Virus record (IMG/VR): IMGVR_UViG_3300032212_000003
Location: 11,633 to 75,632 of that record
Reading direction: 5' to 3' (one strand)
DNA from: a virus
Lineage: Duplodnaviria > Caudoviricetes
DNA length: 64,000 nucleotides
The position numbers and the translations under genes were made by a program. Below are positions 1-11,200 of this stretch, one piece after another. Below the pieces are notes generated by a model. It was given only the letters and a program-made list of their open reading frames with translations, had not been told where the DNA came from and did no database searches. Position 1 is the stretch's first letter. Every line of letters starts with the position of its first letter.

Positions 1-1
1 C

Positions 2-556
2 TTCAGTGTTATGGGAACCAATTACACCGGTTCCAGCGCTTCAGTCAGTGTTGGCGGAACAGCGGCATACAATCCATCTCTGGTAAACGATGTACTAAAT
101 GGTGCGTCCGGAATTGACAGTATTTCCATGCAGGCGCTTAATTCTAACGGAGTTCACGCCACTGCAGAAGCGGCTATTTTCGAGTCCATGGACATAACCA
201 TAGACAATGCACTCAGAGAACAGCCAGGTTTGGGATCTCTGTACCCGGTAGGAATAGGCAGAGGTAGATTCTCAGCGGACATTTCATCTAATGTATATTT
301 CGAAAGCAGAGAATTGTACAACCGATTTATTGCCAACGATGTGGTAACTATAAGATTTGCCCTTACCGACGATGAAACAGACATTGCCCAAGGCAATGCC
401 TATATTTTCAGTTTCCCGGGGTGTCGTATACAATCCTATACTTCAAATCCGGAATCTGCCGATTCTGATGTAATGGCAAAGATAGCTTTTAAGGCTGTAA
501 TAGATCCGTACTTGACGCAAAAAACTTGCATCATTACACGGATACCAGCACCTTAA
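2..556 (+). CDS. Major tail tube protein, 5'-partial
   Basis: Frame is open from the window edge before the ATG at 11; lies before the chaperone and tape measure genes; beta-rich C-terminus resembling tail tube proteins. Confidence 0.75.
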   Translation, partial: FSVMGTNYTGSSASVSVGGTAAYNPSLVNDVLNGASGIDSISMQALNSNGVHATAEAAIFESMDITIDNALREQPGLGSLYPVGIGRGRFSADISSNVYFESRELYNRFIANDVVTIRFALTDDETDIAQGNAYIFSFPGCRIQSYTSNPESADSDVMAKIAFKAVIDPYLTQKTCIITRIPAP

Positions 557-566
557 AATAACGAGT

Positions 567-632
567 AAGAGAGCTGGATCGGGGGCACCTTAAATCCTCT
601 CCAGTGCGGGAAATTCCAGCTCTCTTTTATTT
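567..632 (+). terminator. Intrinsic terminator/attenuator after the tail tube gene
   Basis: 12-bp inverted repeat AAGAGAGCTGGA (567-578) / TCCAGCTCTCTT (615-626) followed by a T-rich tract; 36-nt loop. Confidence 0.65.
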
Positions 633-709
633 TTAGCACTGTACTACGACTGGGGTAGAAAGAGTTACAAGTTCTTTTTACTTCGTGTTATCCAACATGG
701 AGAAAACCA

Positions 710-1174
710 ATGTCCGAAAATAAAAGCTTTGATCTTATGTCAATGGCACCAGATAAAGAAATGTCCCAAGAAGGTGTGTGGGTAGACTTTTTCGATAACG
801 CTCGACTTAAAATAGCCCAAAGAAACAATCCAAAGCATCAACGACACCTTACTCAACAGTATAAAATACATCGTAGAAAAATTGACTTGGAAGATGAAAA
901 TGCCGACAAGTTGGCAGACAAGATAAGCCTTGAAGGATTGGCAAAGTATGTATTACTGGATTGGGAAAATATGACTTGGAATGGCCAGGAAAATATACCC
1001 TATACGCCTGAGTTAGGGTTTAGTGCCATGACAAATGTTCCGGTCCTTAGAAAAGAAGTAGAAGATCAGTCAGATCGGCTACAGAATTTCCAGGCACATA
1101 ATAATGAAGAGGACCTCATTAATGTAAAGCCTTCATCGCCTGGGACCTCCAGTGGGGATCCCCAGAACGATTAG
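710..1174 (+). CDS. Tail assembly chaperone (gpG-like)
   Basis: Position between tube and tape measure genes; RBS GGAG; sequence typical of tail chaperones. Confidence 0.8.
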   Translation: MSENKSFDLMSMAPDKEMSQEGVWVDFFDNARLKIAQRNNPKHQRHLTQQYKIHRRKIDLEDENADKLADKISLEGLAKYVLLDWENMTWNGQENIPYTPELGFSAMTNVPVLRKEVEDQSDRLQNFQAHNNEEDLINVKPSSPGTSSGDPQND

Positions 1175-1476
1175 ACACACTTAAGAATGTAGCTAAGAAA
1201 ACTAACAGGCTTCCCAAAGCGTTAGAGGGGAAGCCTGATCTTAGTAGATGGAATGCCATATACATAGAAGCATTTTATGATTTGTCTCCATCAAGGTCAC
1301 ATTCTGACACCCCACACCCTCTAAAATTTGCAGACATAATAACCTATGGAAGACTTATTGGTATTATAAATGGATACGATCTGCTATTCTTTTACAAAAT
1401 GTTAAGAATATGCGATGAAGCATACCTTAATCACCATAAGCCGGTAACTGTAACTAAGGTTAATGAGGACATCTAG
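1123..1476 (+). CDS. Tail assembly chaperone -1 frameshift extension (gpGT-like)
   Basis: -1 frame open from 1123 (after TAA at 1120-1122) to 1476: KAFIAWDLQWG...KPDLSRWNAIYIEAFYDLSPSR...PLKFADIITY, typical of the T segment; no good start of its own. Confidence 0.75.
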   Translation, partial: CKAFIAWDLQWGSPERLDTLKNVAKKTNRLPKALEGKPDLSRWNAIYIEAFYDLSPSRSHSDTPHPLKFADIITYGRLIGIINGYDLLFFYKMLRICDEAYLNHHKPVTVTKVNEDI

Positions 1477-4400
1477 ATGGCATTCGATATCAATGTAGCT
1501 ACCGACAAGGCGCTAAATAAGATAAAGATATTGAATGCCAGTCTGGATGGAATCTCTGCCAGAATAACCAAGATAAACTCTAAAGGAGTTTCACTTGGTA
1601 GAGTAGGAACTCAGGCTGCAAACCTTAAGGCTCAGGCAGGAGTAGGTGCCTTAGGCCTTCAGAATCTAACCACTGCAGTATCCCAGCTAAAATCTCAAAC
1701 TGATACTGTCAATGCCGGCATAACCCATTTAAATGGTAGATTTGATTCTTTAGGAAAAAGATCAAAAAGCGCCAGTGCCAGCCTTAAAAATTTCAGACAG
1801 GGCATGAACAGGACCTCTCAAGAAGCCGCAGCCTTGAGGGCCGGCATGTACGCCACAGGCACCCATTTTGGTGCATTTACAGCGCAAACCTTACTGGCCG
1901 CCACTGCAGCCTACATATTAGTAAAATCGATAGTAGAGCTAATTAAGACCGGAGCAAGTTTTGAGAAAAGCATGGCCCGGGCAAATGCGGTCATGGATAA
2001 TTTCTCAAAGACTAGTAATGAGGTTACGTCAGCTGGTCGGGCCATAGAAAAAGAAGTCAGAAGATTAGGAAAGGAGACAGTATTTACGGTGTCAGAAGTT
2101 GCCGAAGGGCTGGTATTTTTAGGTATGGCTGGACTCAGTTCTGCCGAGGCATCTAAAGCACTGGAGCCAGTACTTAACCTGGCATCCATAGGAATGTTGG
2201 ATATGGCAAGAGCCGCGGATATTGCTACCAATATAATGCTAGGGTTTGGTAAAGAAGCCAGCGACCTTGAACAGATAGTCGATGTTATGTCGGTAGCTAT
2301 AACTAACTCAAATGCCAATATGGAACAGATGGGAAATGCGTTGTCTTATGTGGCTCCAATTGCCCGGGCAACCAACAATACCTTAGAAGAGACCACAGCC
2401 ATATTGGAAGTTTTTCACAATGTTGGTATAAAATCCAGCAGAGCTGGTACTTCTCTTAGAAGGGCGTTAGTGAATTTATCAAAACCAACTGACAGAGTTC
2501 AGGCAATACTTACAAAATTAAATGTCTCTCTTCACGACCAGGAAAACCGGATGAGGCCCCTACTGCATATAATGAGACAGTTCAGGGATGCGAATGCGGA
2601 CACCTCCGATATACTGACTATATTTGGAGCTCGTGCAGGTCCGGCTATGATTGAACTTTACAGAATGATAAGTGCTGAAGTGGACGGCTCTACTACATCA
2701 TTGCAGAAATTCATTAAACAAAATGAAAATGCCAAGGGATCGGCATTGCTTAAGCGTGGACAAATAGAAGAAAATTTGGCGGATGATGCTAAGAAATTGA
2801 TTTCGGCATTTAGTGAGCTGTCGGTTGTAATATTCCAAGAGCTGAGTCCCAGCCTTAGGGAGGCTACTCAATCCTTCACCGCATTTATAAACTCATTAAA
2901 TGGCAAGGAAATAGCCAGATTTTTAGTGGCACTAAAAGATGGAATTGCAGGTACTTTTGGAGCAGTGGCCAGCTTGGCAGGAGCTGTATCAGACCTTGCC
3001 AGTGAGTCTATAAAATCAGTCACAGCGATGTCAGCAGGAAAAGAACAATTTGACTTTATGCAGGTTGCTGTAGCAGCCTTAATAGGTCCTCTAGGACTTC
3101 CTAAGCTGGTTACAGAACTTGTTTCTCAGGAAGATGTTCAGAGTAAAGTGAATAAAGAATTGAAAGTATATACTACATTCTTAACCACTGAAGCAGAAGC
3201 AACCGCCAGGATATCTAAATTAAAAAGAGACCTTAATGCCATCTCTTTGGAAGAACTAAGTATACGAAAACGCATAAGCCAGGAGCAAAAGAAAACAGCT
3301 GAGTTGGCTTTGGCCCAATCCACAAGAACAGAAATAGCAGCAACCAACCACTTAAATAAGCTATTGGAAAAGAGAAAACAATTAGTTGAAAGTGCAGCCA
3401 GTGGATCTATACCAGGAGGACTGGCTGATAAAGAACTAGCACAAAACAAATTGAGAATTCAACTTGCAGTTAAATTAGTAGCCGCGGCCAAGGACAATAA
3501 CCGGGTAACCAAAGAAGGGTTTGGGTTACTTAGAGATACTGACAATGTGACAAAGTCAGTGCTGAAGACCAGAAAAGAAAATATAGCTGCCATCCAAAGA
3601 GAAAAGAGGGAACTGGTAAACGCTGCATTAGTAAAAACTGAAGTCAATCCCGAGGATGCTATAGCAGGCCATAAGAGAACAACTCAGGAATTAGTAAATC
3701 AAACAAATCAGCAAGAAGCTTTAGGTCAGATATCTGCAGCCAATGCTGTAATAGTAAGGCAATCCATAAGAGATGCTGAATCAGCAAATATTACAGAAGA
3801 CCTTGAAAATAGGCTAAGAATAGCTAAACAATTACTGTCGGTATCAAGATCCAATCTAATTTCTCACAGGGACAGCTCTGAGGGATTAGGGGACACTTCG
3901 GCAAGAATAAAGTCATTCGAAGATCAGAAAAAAGCAGCTGAAGGCCTTCAAAAAACTTTGGATGTAAATGCTGCCAGGTTAGGTAAATTAAACTCTAAGG
4001 AATTAGAAGCACTGCAAAAGAGAGGATTTCAAGTTACTACTTCCATGGATAATATATGGAATGCAGAAAATGAAAGCTATAAGCGTAGACTGGAGGCATT
4101 ACGTGCATACCATACTGCAGCAGGTACTATGAATACCCAGTTTGAAAGCGACAGAGTAGAGCTTACATTTAGAACAGGAGCCGCTCAGGTAGCCCAAGCT
4201 GCAGGATACATAGGACAGTTGGTAGGAATGGCAGCTCAGGCGTCTCAGAGAAGATATAACATATCCAGACAGGAAGCCGAGGATAGTTACGATTTGTGGC
4301 AAACTGCCAATGATCGCCAGGAAGAGTTTAGGATAGCAGCCAATAATGCCCAAACTGCTGGGGATGCTAATTATTACAGAAACATCCAGAACCAATATAA

Positions 4401-4911
4401 AGCGTATGCTGCCACCTACAAAAAACAATTTGAGGAAAGGGATGCTATTGCTCGTAAAAATTTCGAGAGTAATAAGAGCATGCAGATAGCTCAGACCAGA
4501 ATAAACACCATAGCCGGTGCTGCCATGGTACTTTCTCAGTTAGGTTATTGGGGTATACCGATAGCTGCAGGGATGGTAAAACTTGGACAGGATATGGTAT
4601 CCGATATAAAATCTCAGCAATACCAGAGCCCGGGAGCTGACTCTTCATCTGGTGCGTTTGGAGGACTACCCTCTGCAGCGGATAATACCAGCGGAATTGG
4701 AAACAATATAACAGGAAGCCCCAGAAGTGACGGACAAACTAATTCTGTAAATGTTTACATTCAGGGAGCCATAACTGAAGAGATGATAAACGATACTGTA
4801 TTACCAATACTTCAGGACGGTATAAACGAGAGAGACTTTGTCCTTATAAGTGGAACAGGAGAAGATTCTGCGCAATTATCAGAAGTCCAAGGATTAACTA
4901 ATGCCAGCTAA
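1477..4911 (+). CDS. Tape measure protein (TP901-like core)
   Basis: 1144 aa, helical and Ala-rich, with the core FEKSMARANAV...TVFTVSEVAEGLVFLGMAG; follows the chaperones. Confidence 0.95.
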   Translation: MAFDINVATDKALNKIKILNASLDGISARITKINSKGVSLGRVGTQAANLKAQAGVGALGLQNLTTAVSQLKSQTDTVNAGITHLNGRFDSLGKRSKSASASLKNFRQGMNRTSQEAAALRAGMYATGTHFGAFTAQTLLAATAAYILVKSIVELIKTGASFEKSMARANAVMDNFSKTSNEVTSAGRAIEKEVRRLGKETVFTVSEVAEGLVFLGMAGLSSAEASKALEPVLNLASIGMLDMARAADIATNIMLGFGKEASDLEQIVDVMSVAITNSNANMEQMGNALSYVAPIARATNNTLEETTAILEVFHNVGIKSSRAGTSLRRALVNLSKPTDRVQAILTKLNVSLHDQENRMRPLLHIMRQFRDANADTSDILTIFGARAGPAMIELYRMISAEVDGSTTSLQKFIKQNENAKGSALLKRGQIEENLADDAKKLISAFSELSVVIFQELSPSLREATQSFTAFINSLNGKEIARFLVALKDGIAGTFGAVASLAGAVSDLASESIKSVTAMSAGKEQFDFMQVAVAALIGPLGLPKLVTELVSQEDVQSKVNKELKVYTTFLTTEAEATARISKLKRDLNAISLEELSIRKRISQEQKKTAELALAQSTRTEIAATNHLNKLLEKRKQLVESAASGSIPGGLADKELAQNKLRIQLAVKLVAAAKDNNRVTKEGFGLLRDTDNVTKSVLKTRKENIAAIQREKRELVNAALVKTEVNPEDAIAGHKRTTQELVNQTNQQEALGQISAANAVIVRQSIRDAESANITEDLENRLRIAKQLLSVSRSNLISHRDSSEGLGDTSARIKSFEDQKKAAEGLQKTLDVNAARLGKLNSKELEALQKRGFQVTTSMDNIWNAENESYKRRLEALRAYHTAAGTMNTQFESDRVELTFRTGAAQVAQAAGYIGQLVGMAAQASQRRYNISRQEAEDSYDLWQTANDRQEEFRIAANNAQTAGDANYYRNIQNQYKAYAATYKKQFEERDAIARKNFESNKSMQIAQTRINTIAGAAMVLSQLGYWGIPIAAGMVKLGQDMVSDIKSQQYQSPGADSSSGAFGGLPSAADNTSGIGNNITGSPRSDGQTNSVNVYIQGAITEEMINDTVLPILQDGINERDFVLISGTGEDSAQLSEVQGLTNAS

Positions 4912-5296
4912 TATACGATATATAGTTCAAGATTCTAACAGAATGAGAGTTGGCCAAGTTCCTGGAACTGAGTTGATTCTTTCTGCCATATTGAGAACTT
5001 CAGACTTGTCGTTTATGACGGATGGAAAGACAAAATTTTCCTATGACGGAACACCTGAAACTATAACATTGGCAGAGGACGACAACCAAAAAATAACCAT
5101 AAGCTACCTAACTGAAACTGCAATACTTCAGGTAAGAGAGTGGTACAAGTCAGTAAGTGACGGATCTCAATTTGAAATAGATTTGGATGGAAGTGGAAAT
5201 TATCAATTTTGTGTATTAAAAACTAAACAATATGCAGAGCAAAGAATAGGAGATACTCTTGAGTACTCCGTGGCATTTGAAGTTAGGTGGACATAA
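4901..5296 (+). CDS. Putative distal tail (Dit-like) protein
   Basis: 131 aa directly after the tape measure gene, overlapping it. Confidence 0.55.
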   Translation: MPANIRYIVQDSNRMRVGQVPGTELILSAILRTSDLSFMTDGKTKFSYDGTPETITLAEDDNQKITISYLTETAILQVREWYKSVSDGSQFEIDLDGSGNYQFCVLKTKQYAEQRIGDTLEYSVAFEVRWT

Positions 5297-8200
5297 GTGA
5301 AGACTGTAAATACTAATCACCTGGTAAACTTAAAAGCCATATCAAAAAGTCCCAGATCCACCATAGTTATATCCTTTGATGACGACGATACTGATCTGGT
5401 TTACATATCAAGCCATTCTGATGGGTCGGCTCCAGATGGAGAGCTGCACTTAGCTGGGTATCTAGAAAAGGATAAAATAAGCAATCAAACTCAAAGTGTA
5501 GATGTAGGAAAATCAACCAGCACTTTAGGAAAGTTCAAGTTCTCGGTTATCGATAAAGGGGGAGCATTCTCAACCTTAATTGGAGCCAAAGAAAATGCCG
5601 GTTTTGGACTTAGAAAAAAGAGGGTAGTTCTTTATACAGGATTTAAGGGAGACTTGTGGCAAGACTATGAGATAGATTCTACCTACATAATAGACAGCTC
5701 CGATCAAGACGAGTTGTCGTTTATGTACGATTGTACAGATGTAAACCGTCTGACCAGAACCAAAATATTTACGCCTAAAATTCAATATTTAAGATCGAGT
5801 ATTTCAGCGTCTGAAAAAACGTTTTCAATACCGGTTACCGGATTTGACTCAGCTACCAATACCATATCAGTAACTAAAACTGGAAAGTTGTCTGGCCTTG
5901 ATTTTGAAATAGGAAGAATAATAGATATAGCTGGAACTGCTTCAAACAATGGAGCATTCACAGTAGATTCCACCACTGAAGACACTGTGGTAGTAATAGA
6001 AGCCTTAGTTGATGAAACTGTAGCAGCCACAGCCTCTCACACCTTAAGAATACAACTAACAGGCAGTGACCTTGCCAGCTATCAGGCAATAGAGCATGAC
6101 AGTCAGTATGAGGTATGGCCAGGAGATACCATAGGACTGGTTAAAATAGGAGAAGAAATATTTCTGCACGATGGACCTGTACAAGATGTCACTTATGGGT
6201 ATTGCATACCTGTAAGACTGGACGGAAGAGGAGTCCTTGATACCAAAATAGAGCCCCATGAATTTGATACCGGTGCTGAGGTAGATACTCAACCAGAAGT
6301 AAAAGAAGTATTTTATATTGAAGGTGCTGGACCTAAAATAGCACTGTCATTGTTGACCGGTACTCTTTACGGGCAGACAGGGACACTTCCAGATAACATG
6401 CACTGTGCAGTACCTGCTAAATTTATTAGAACGGCAGACTTTGTAAATATTGGATTAGATCTTTGGAACCCAACCACCGGTACAGGCCGTAATCTTCAAT
6501 TTATTATAGAAGAGGAAGTATCAGCAAAAGATTTTATAGAAAAGCAAATAATGCTGTGGCTGGGATGTTTTACAGTAATACATGCTGATGGATCTCTAGG
6601 CATTAAAAAAATACCATCGATGAAGAACCTGACAGGATATGTGGCAACCATCGACAATTCTCTGCATTTTAAAAGAAGCAGCCTTAAACGAAAGTTAAAT
6701 AAGGTACTGAATCAAATAATAGTTAAGTGGGGAAAAATAGTACTCAAGGATAAATACACTAAAACCACACCATTGGTCGATGCTACCAGTATAGGTACGC
6801 ATAAAGTAAATACGCCAAAAGTATACCACTTTGACGGAGTTAGGTTAGGAGCCAGCACTGACGAGAATATACGGGACTATTTGAGAACGTGGAGAGATTT
6901 ATACGCCGCTCCTCCTTATGAATTAACTATCAATGTGATGTACAAATTACGTCAAGTTGAAGTAGGGGATGCTTTAAGAGTAAATCTTCCAGAGTACAAA
7001 GATGTAATAAAGGACCAACCATTTGACAGGGTTATGATGGTAACTTCTGCCAACTATAATCCTATGTCGGGAGATATGAGGCTTACTTTAATTGGTCCCA
7101 GTACATCTCCTTCACCACTGCTTCCAGTTAGCGCATCTGTAAAATTAGATCCGGCCTACTACACCCCACCGTCTCCGGCCACAGAACTTGGCCAGGCAGT
7201 TATAGCTGGTGGGGGTGCCATGACCGGTAATGTTATTACTTCTAGTCCTACGTTGATAGGAAGTCCTGACATGAATTCTTTGGACTCCGTATTTTACTAT
7301 GCTGGAGATATTCAACTTGCAGACGGCGTTGATATATTTATTTACGACAATGTAAATTTCAGAATTAATGGATACTCTAATTTTACTGGAAATATAATAT
7401 CAATAGGTTCTTCAAACACGGGAGGATCTGGAGAAGATGCAGCTTATCAGGTAATAGATATAACTGGAGATGTAGTTACATTTTCTGAAAATGCTGACAA
7501 CCTGGCTATAGGGGACGATATACAAACATACCCTCACAGCTCAGGAAGGTGGCTTTCTGTAGCATCAAAGCCCACAGCCGACTCAATAACCGTTGGATAT
7601 CCTGATGGGGGAACTATAAACTCCAGCGCTACAGTTGTAGGACTAACTAATTTATCTCACCTATTTTATGGTGACGTGGACTCAAAAAATAACGTATTAG
7701 CGGTTCAAGGTTTTGGAATAAATAGAGGAGAGGGTGGATTAAGGGCCAAGTATTACAGCAGTGGAACTCAGTACTCTAACACGGACCAAGGAGTGACAGA
7801 TTACGCACCTGACAGCGTGGGAGAATTTTCAAGGCACATAAATATTGTAAATAATGGAGACTCATTAGGGGGACTTCCTACCAAATTTACAGGAACCGGT
7901 GGTACCGGCGGAAAGATAGCTGCAACCTCTGCACCTTCCAGACCTTTCGAAGCTATATCAAGTGCTGGAACCTACATGGCAATGGCAAACGGCGGTGCCG
8001 GAGGAGACGGCGGTGCTGGATTCTTATTGGTATGCAAAGGTGCAGGCTTCGGAATAAATGGAGGAATAGATTTAACCGGGGAATCTGGAACACTGGGAGA
8101 TTTATACCCTCTTCCAGTGGGCCTTCTTCCCGGGGACCTAACAGGTTCTTCAGGAACTGGAGGAAATCCAGGCTTTGCCTTAATTTTGTATGATGGCGAT

Positions 8201-11200
8201 TATACTGTACCAAATATAGAAGGGAAAATAACTTCACAAATGGGAGCTACTCCAACTCAAGGAGTTCCTATAATAGATGGAGAAACTATAAGTGTATCCA
8301 GCCAGGCAGGATTAGCTTATCGAAGCTCTTTACATGGATCCAGTGAATTTATTTATGGAGATGAAGATGCCGGGTTTCAGTACCTACCTGCAAATTTAGT
8401 TCCGTCTGGAACTATTCCAGACTATTCGGAAACTGCTCAAACTTTACAGCTGGTAGAGGTATTAAATTCTCCTCAGTCAGCTGAAGGTAATTTGTCCACC
8501 ATAGAGATAACTGTAACAGCTCCCTCAGATACCTCTTATGCGTACTCCAACATATATTATAGATTGCAAGGTGACACCCAGTGGACCTTTTTGCTGCCAG
8601 CTGCAGGTGCGTCCGTAGAGGTTACTCAGATAGTATCCAGTGATGGAGCCACTTGGGAATATTTAGCAAGACCGGTTTCTCTATCAGGAAACGAAAATAA
8701 CGAAGGTTTGTCAGCCGTAATAACTACCACCAATGTAGAAGCTGCACCTCCCACAGAGCCACAACTTCCAACCTGGTTACCACTGGCTACTCCAGCTAAT
8801 TTGGCCTTACTGGGAGGCGGCACTGAATTTACCGGAAAGGCATGCCACATTGTTTGGGATTACGATGCAACGGCGTCTGCCACTCCTCAACATTTTCTAC
8901 ATTATAAAGTGGAAGTTTACAACGCTTCCGGAACAGACACACTTCAAAGAACGTTTGTAACCTCAGATCCATGGTTTGAGTATACAGAACAGATGGCCAC
9001 CGAAGACGGAGGCCCGTACCGGGAACTTAGATTTGATATAGTGGCCGTTGGAAGAAAGGGTCACGAAAGTTCAATAGCGACAGCCAACTATACCAATCCC
9101 CAGGCCGGCACCCCTTTGTCAGTTACACTGTCAAATATATTCCAAGCCATAACTATGAATTATACACTGCCAAATGAGAATGATCTGGCAGGTATTTTAG
9201 TTTATATAAATGACGTATCAGGGTTTACCGCGGATGCTGATACCTTAGTGTACGATGGACAGGAAACATCCCTGTATTTGTCTCAGTTTGCCTCGTTGGG
9301 CGTACTGTCTAACATGGTATCAGGTTCTACTTATTATGTAAGATACGGCCTGTATGATTCTTTTGGAGTAACTGGAGTAACTCTGTCAGCGGAACAATCT
9401 ATAACGGTTCAAGGTGGGATAGCAGCAGCGGATGTGTCAGGACTAAGCGCCTGGGCAACCAGAACCACCGCAGCTGACGCTGCATTTATAGCGGCCAATA
9501 TTGGAAACGATGCTATAACCTCCACCCAGATAGCATCCATTGTGGCAGGGAAGATAACCACCGGAACATTGTCAGCAACACTGACAGTCAGTGGACTTTT
9601 GCAAACTGCAGCCTCCGGTTGGAGAGTAGACGTAGGTCCGGTAATAGATGGCCCGGACACTTTTGTTTTGCGTTACCACAATGGTCTGGGAAATTCGAAA
9701 TTCCAAATGGACTCACTTGGAAATATTTCCATAGATGGGACCGTTACCATAGGAGCTACTTTAGCTTCCACCATTGAATCCAATGCAGCCTCTGGAGCCA
9801 CTTTTACTTCAGGGGATGCTGGAGCTTTGGCTACGGCAAACACCGCAGATTTTGCTACTCAAGTTTCTGGAGCAGCAAAACCTGCCAATAATGCAACGGT
9901 AGGCGCAGATTGGAATTCAAATCTTACCAGCTACCCAGGAGACCTTGCAGTACTCAATATCAATACCACGAAAACTGATGTGGGGTTGAGCAATGTAGAT
10001 AATCAGTCAGCAGCCACTATCCAAGCAGGTACTACTAAAGCCAATGTTGGACTTGGAAGCGTATCTGACCTTACCCCTTCAGCAATGGCTCAGACCGGAT
10101 TGAATACCGGTACGACTATAACTGGAGGAGGGATACAATTAAATGGCGGAGGATCCTTAAGAACTTTAGGAAAATCTTATGGAATAGGTAATGGTGTATT
10201 TTTTGGGTGGGATGCTACAGCGTATAAGTTGGATTTGACCAGTACTACAAATTCCTTAAGGTTTAACGGAACAGACTTAGACATAACTGGCACCATAACT
10301 GGATCATCTATTATAGGTGGAAGTATTGTCACAGCGACCTCTGGGAAGAGAGTTGATATAAATGTAGGAGGTAGTAATGAAGCCAGGTTTTATGACTCTT
10401 TAGGTGTAATAAAAGCTACTATAGGTATAAACACATCTGGTTTAGACACTTATGTTATAGAATTAACTCCTGGTACAAGTGAGATAGGATTGTTTAGCTC
10501 TTCTACTAGTAGTCGTGGAATAGTAGAGTGCGAAAATGCTGGGCTAGGTCCTGGACTTAAAGGTGAAAGCTTATCCACAACTAGTAGTACTGCAGGTGTA
10601 GAAGGAGTAGGTAACAATGGCTGTGGAGTTAGAGGTACTGTAGCTCAAGGGCTAGCAGGTGTTCTTGGAGAGTCTACTAATGGCTCAGTAGGAGTGAGCG
10701 GTGTATCTGACAGTGTTGGAGCAGGTAGTTCTTCTAGCATAGGAGTAAAAGGGGACTCTGTAAATGGAACTTCTGTCTGGTGCGGTGCTACAGGTTCTAC
10801 AGGAGCACCTCTTAGGATAGAACCATATGCAGCATCTGCTGCAGCACCTACACATAGCTCTAGTGATGGAGACTTCTGGGTAACTTCTGCTGGAGTACTA
10901 TACTACTACGATGCAGGTTGGACTAAAGTTGTTACAGGCCCAGCTCATCAGGCAGATATAAGTACAACAACTGGAGAAGTTTCTAGTACAACAACTTCAT
11001 TAACTAATATAATTTTACCAGGTGGATCTTACGGATTTTACCCAAGAGTTAGACAAAGTAACAGCAATACCAGTAGTGCTGCGATAGTTACTAGCAATTC
11101 TAGTATATCTTCAACCTATGCAGCTAGAATAGCTTTATCTGACCCGGACACTGGAACTACCTACGCAGATCAAACTTATGTCAATGCTTCCCCACCTTAT

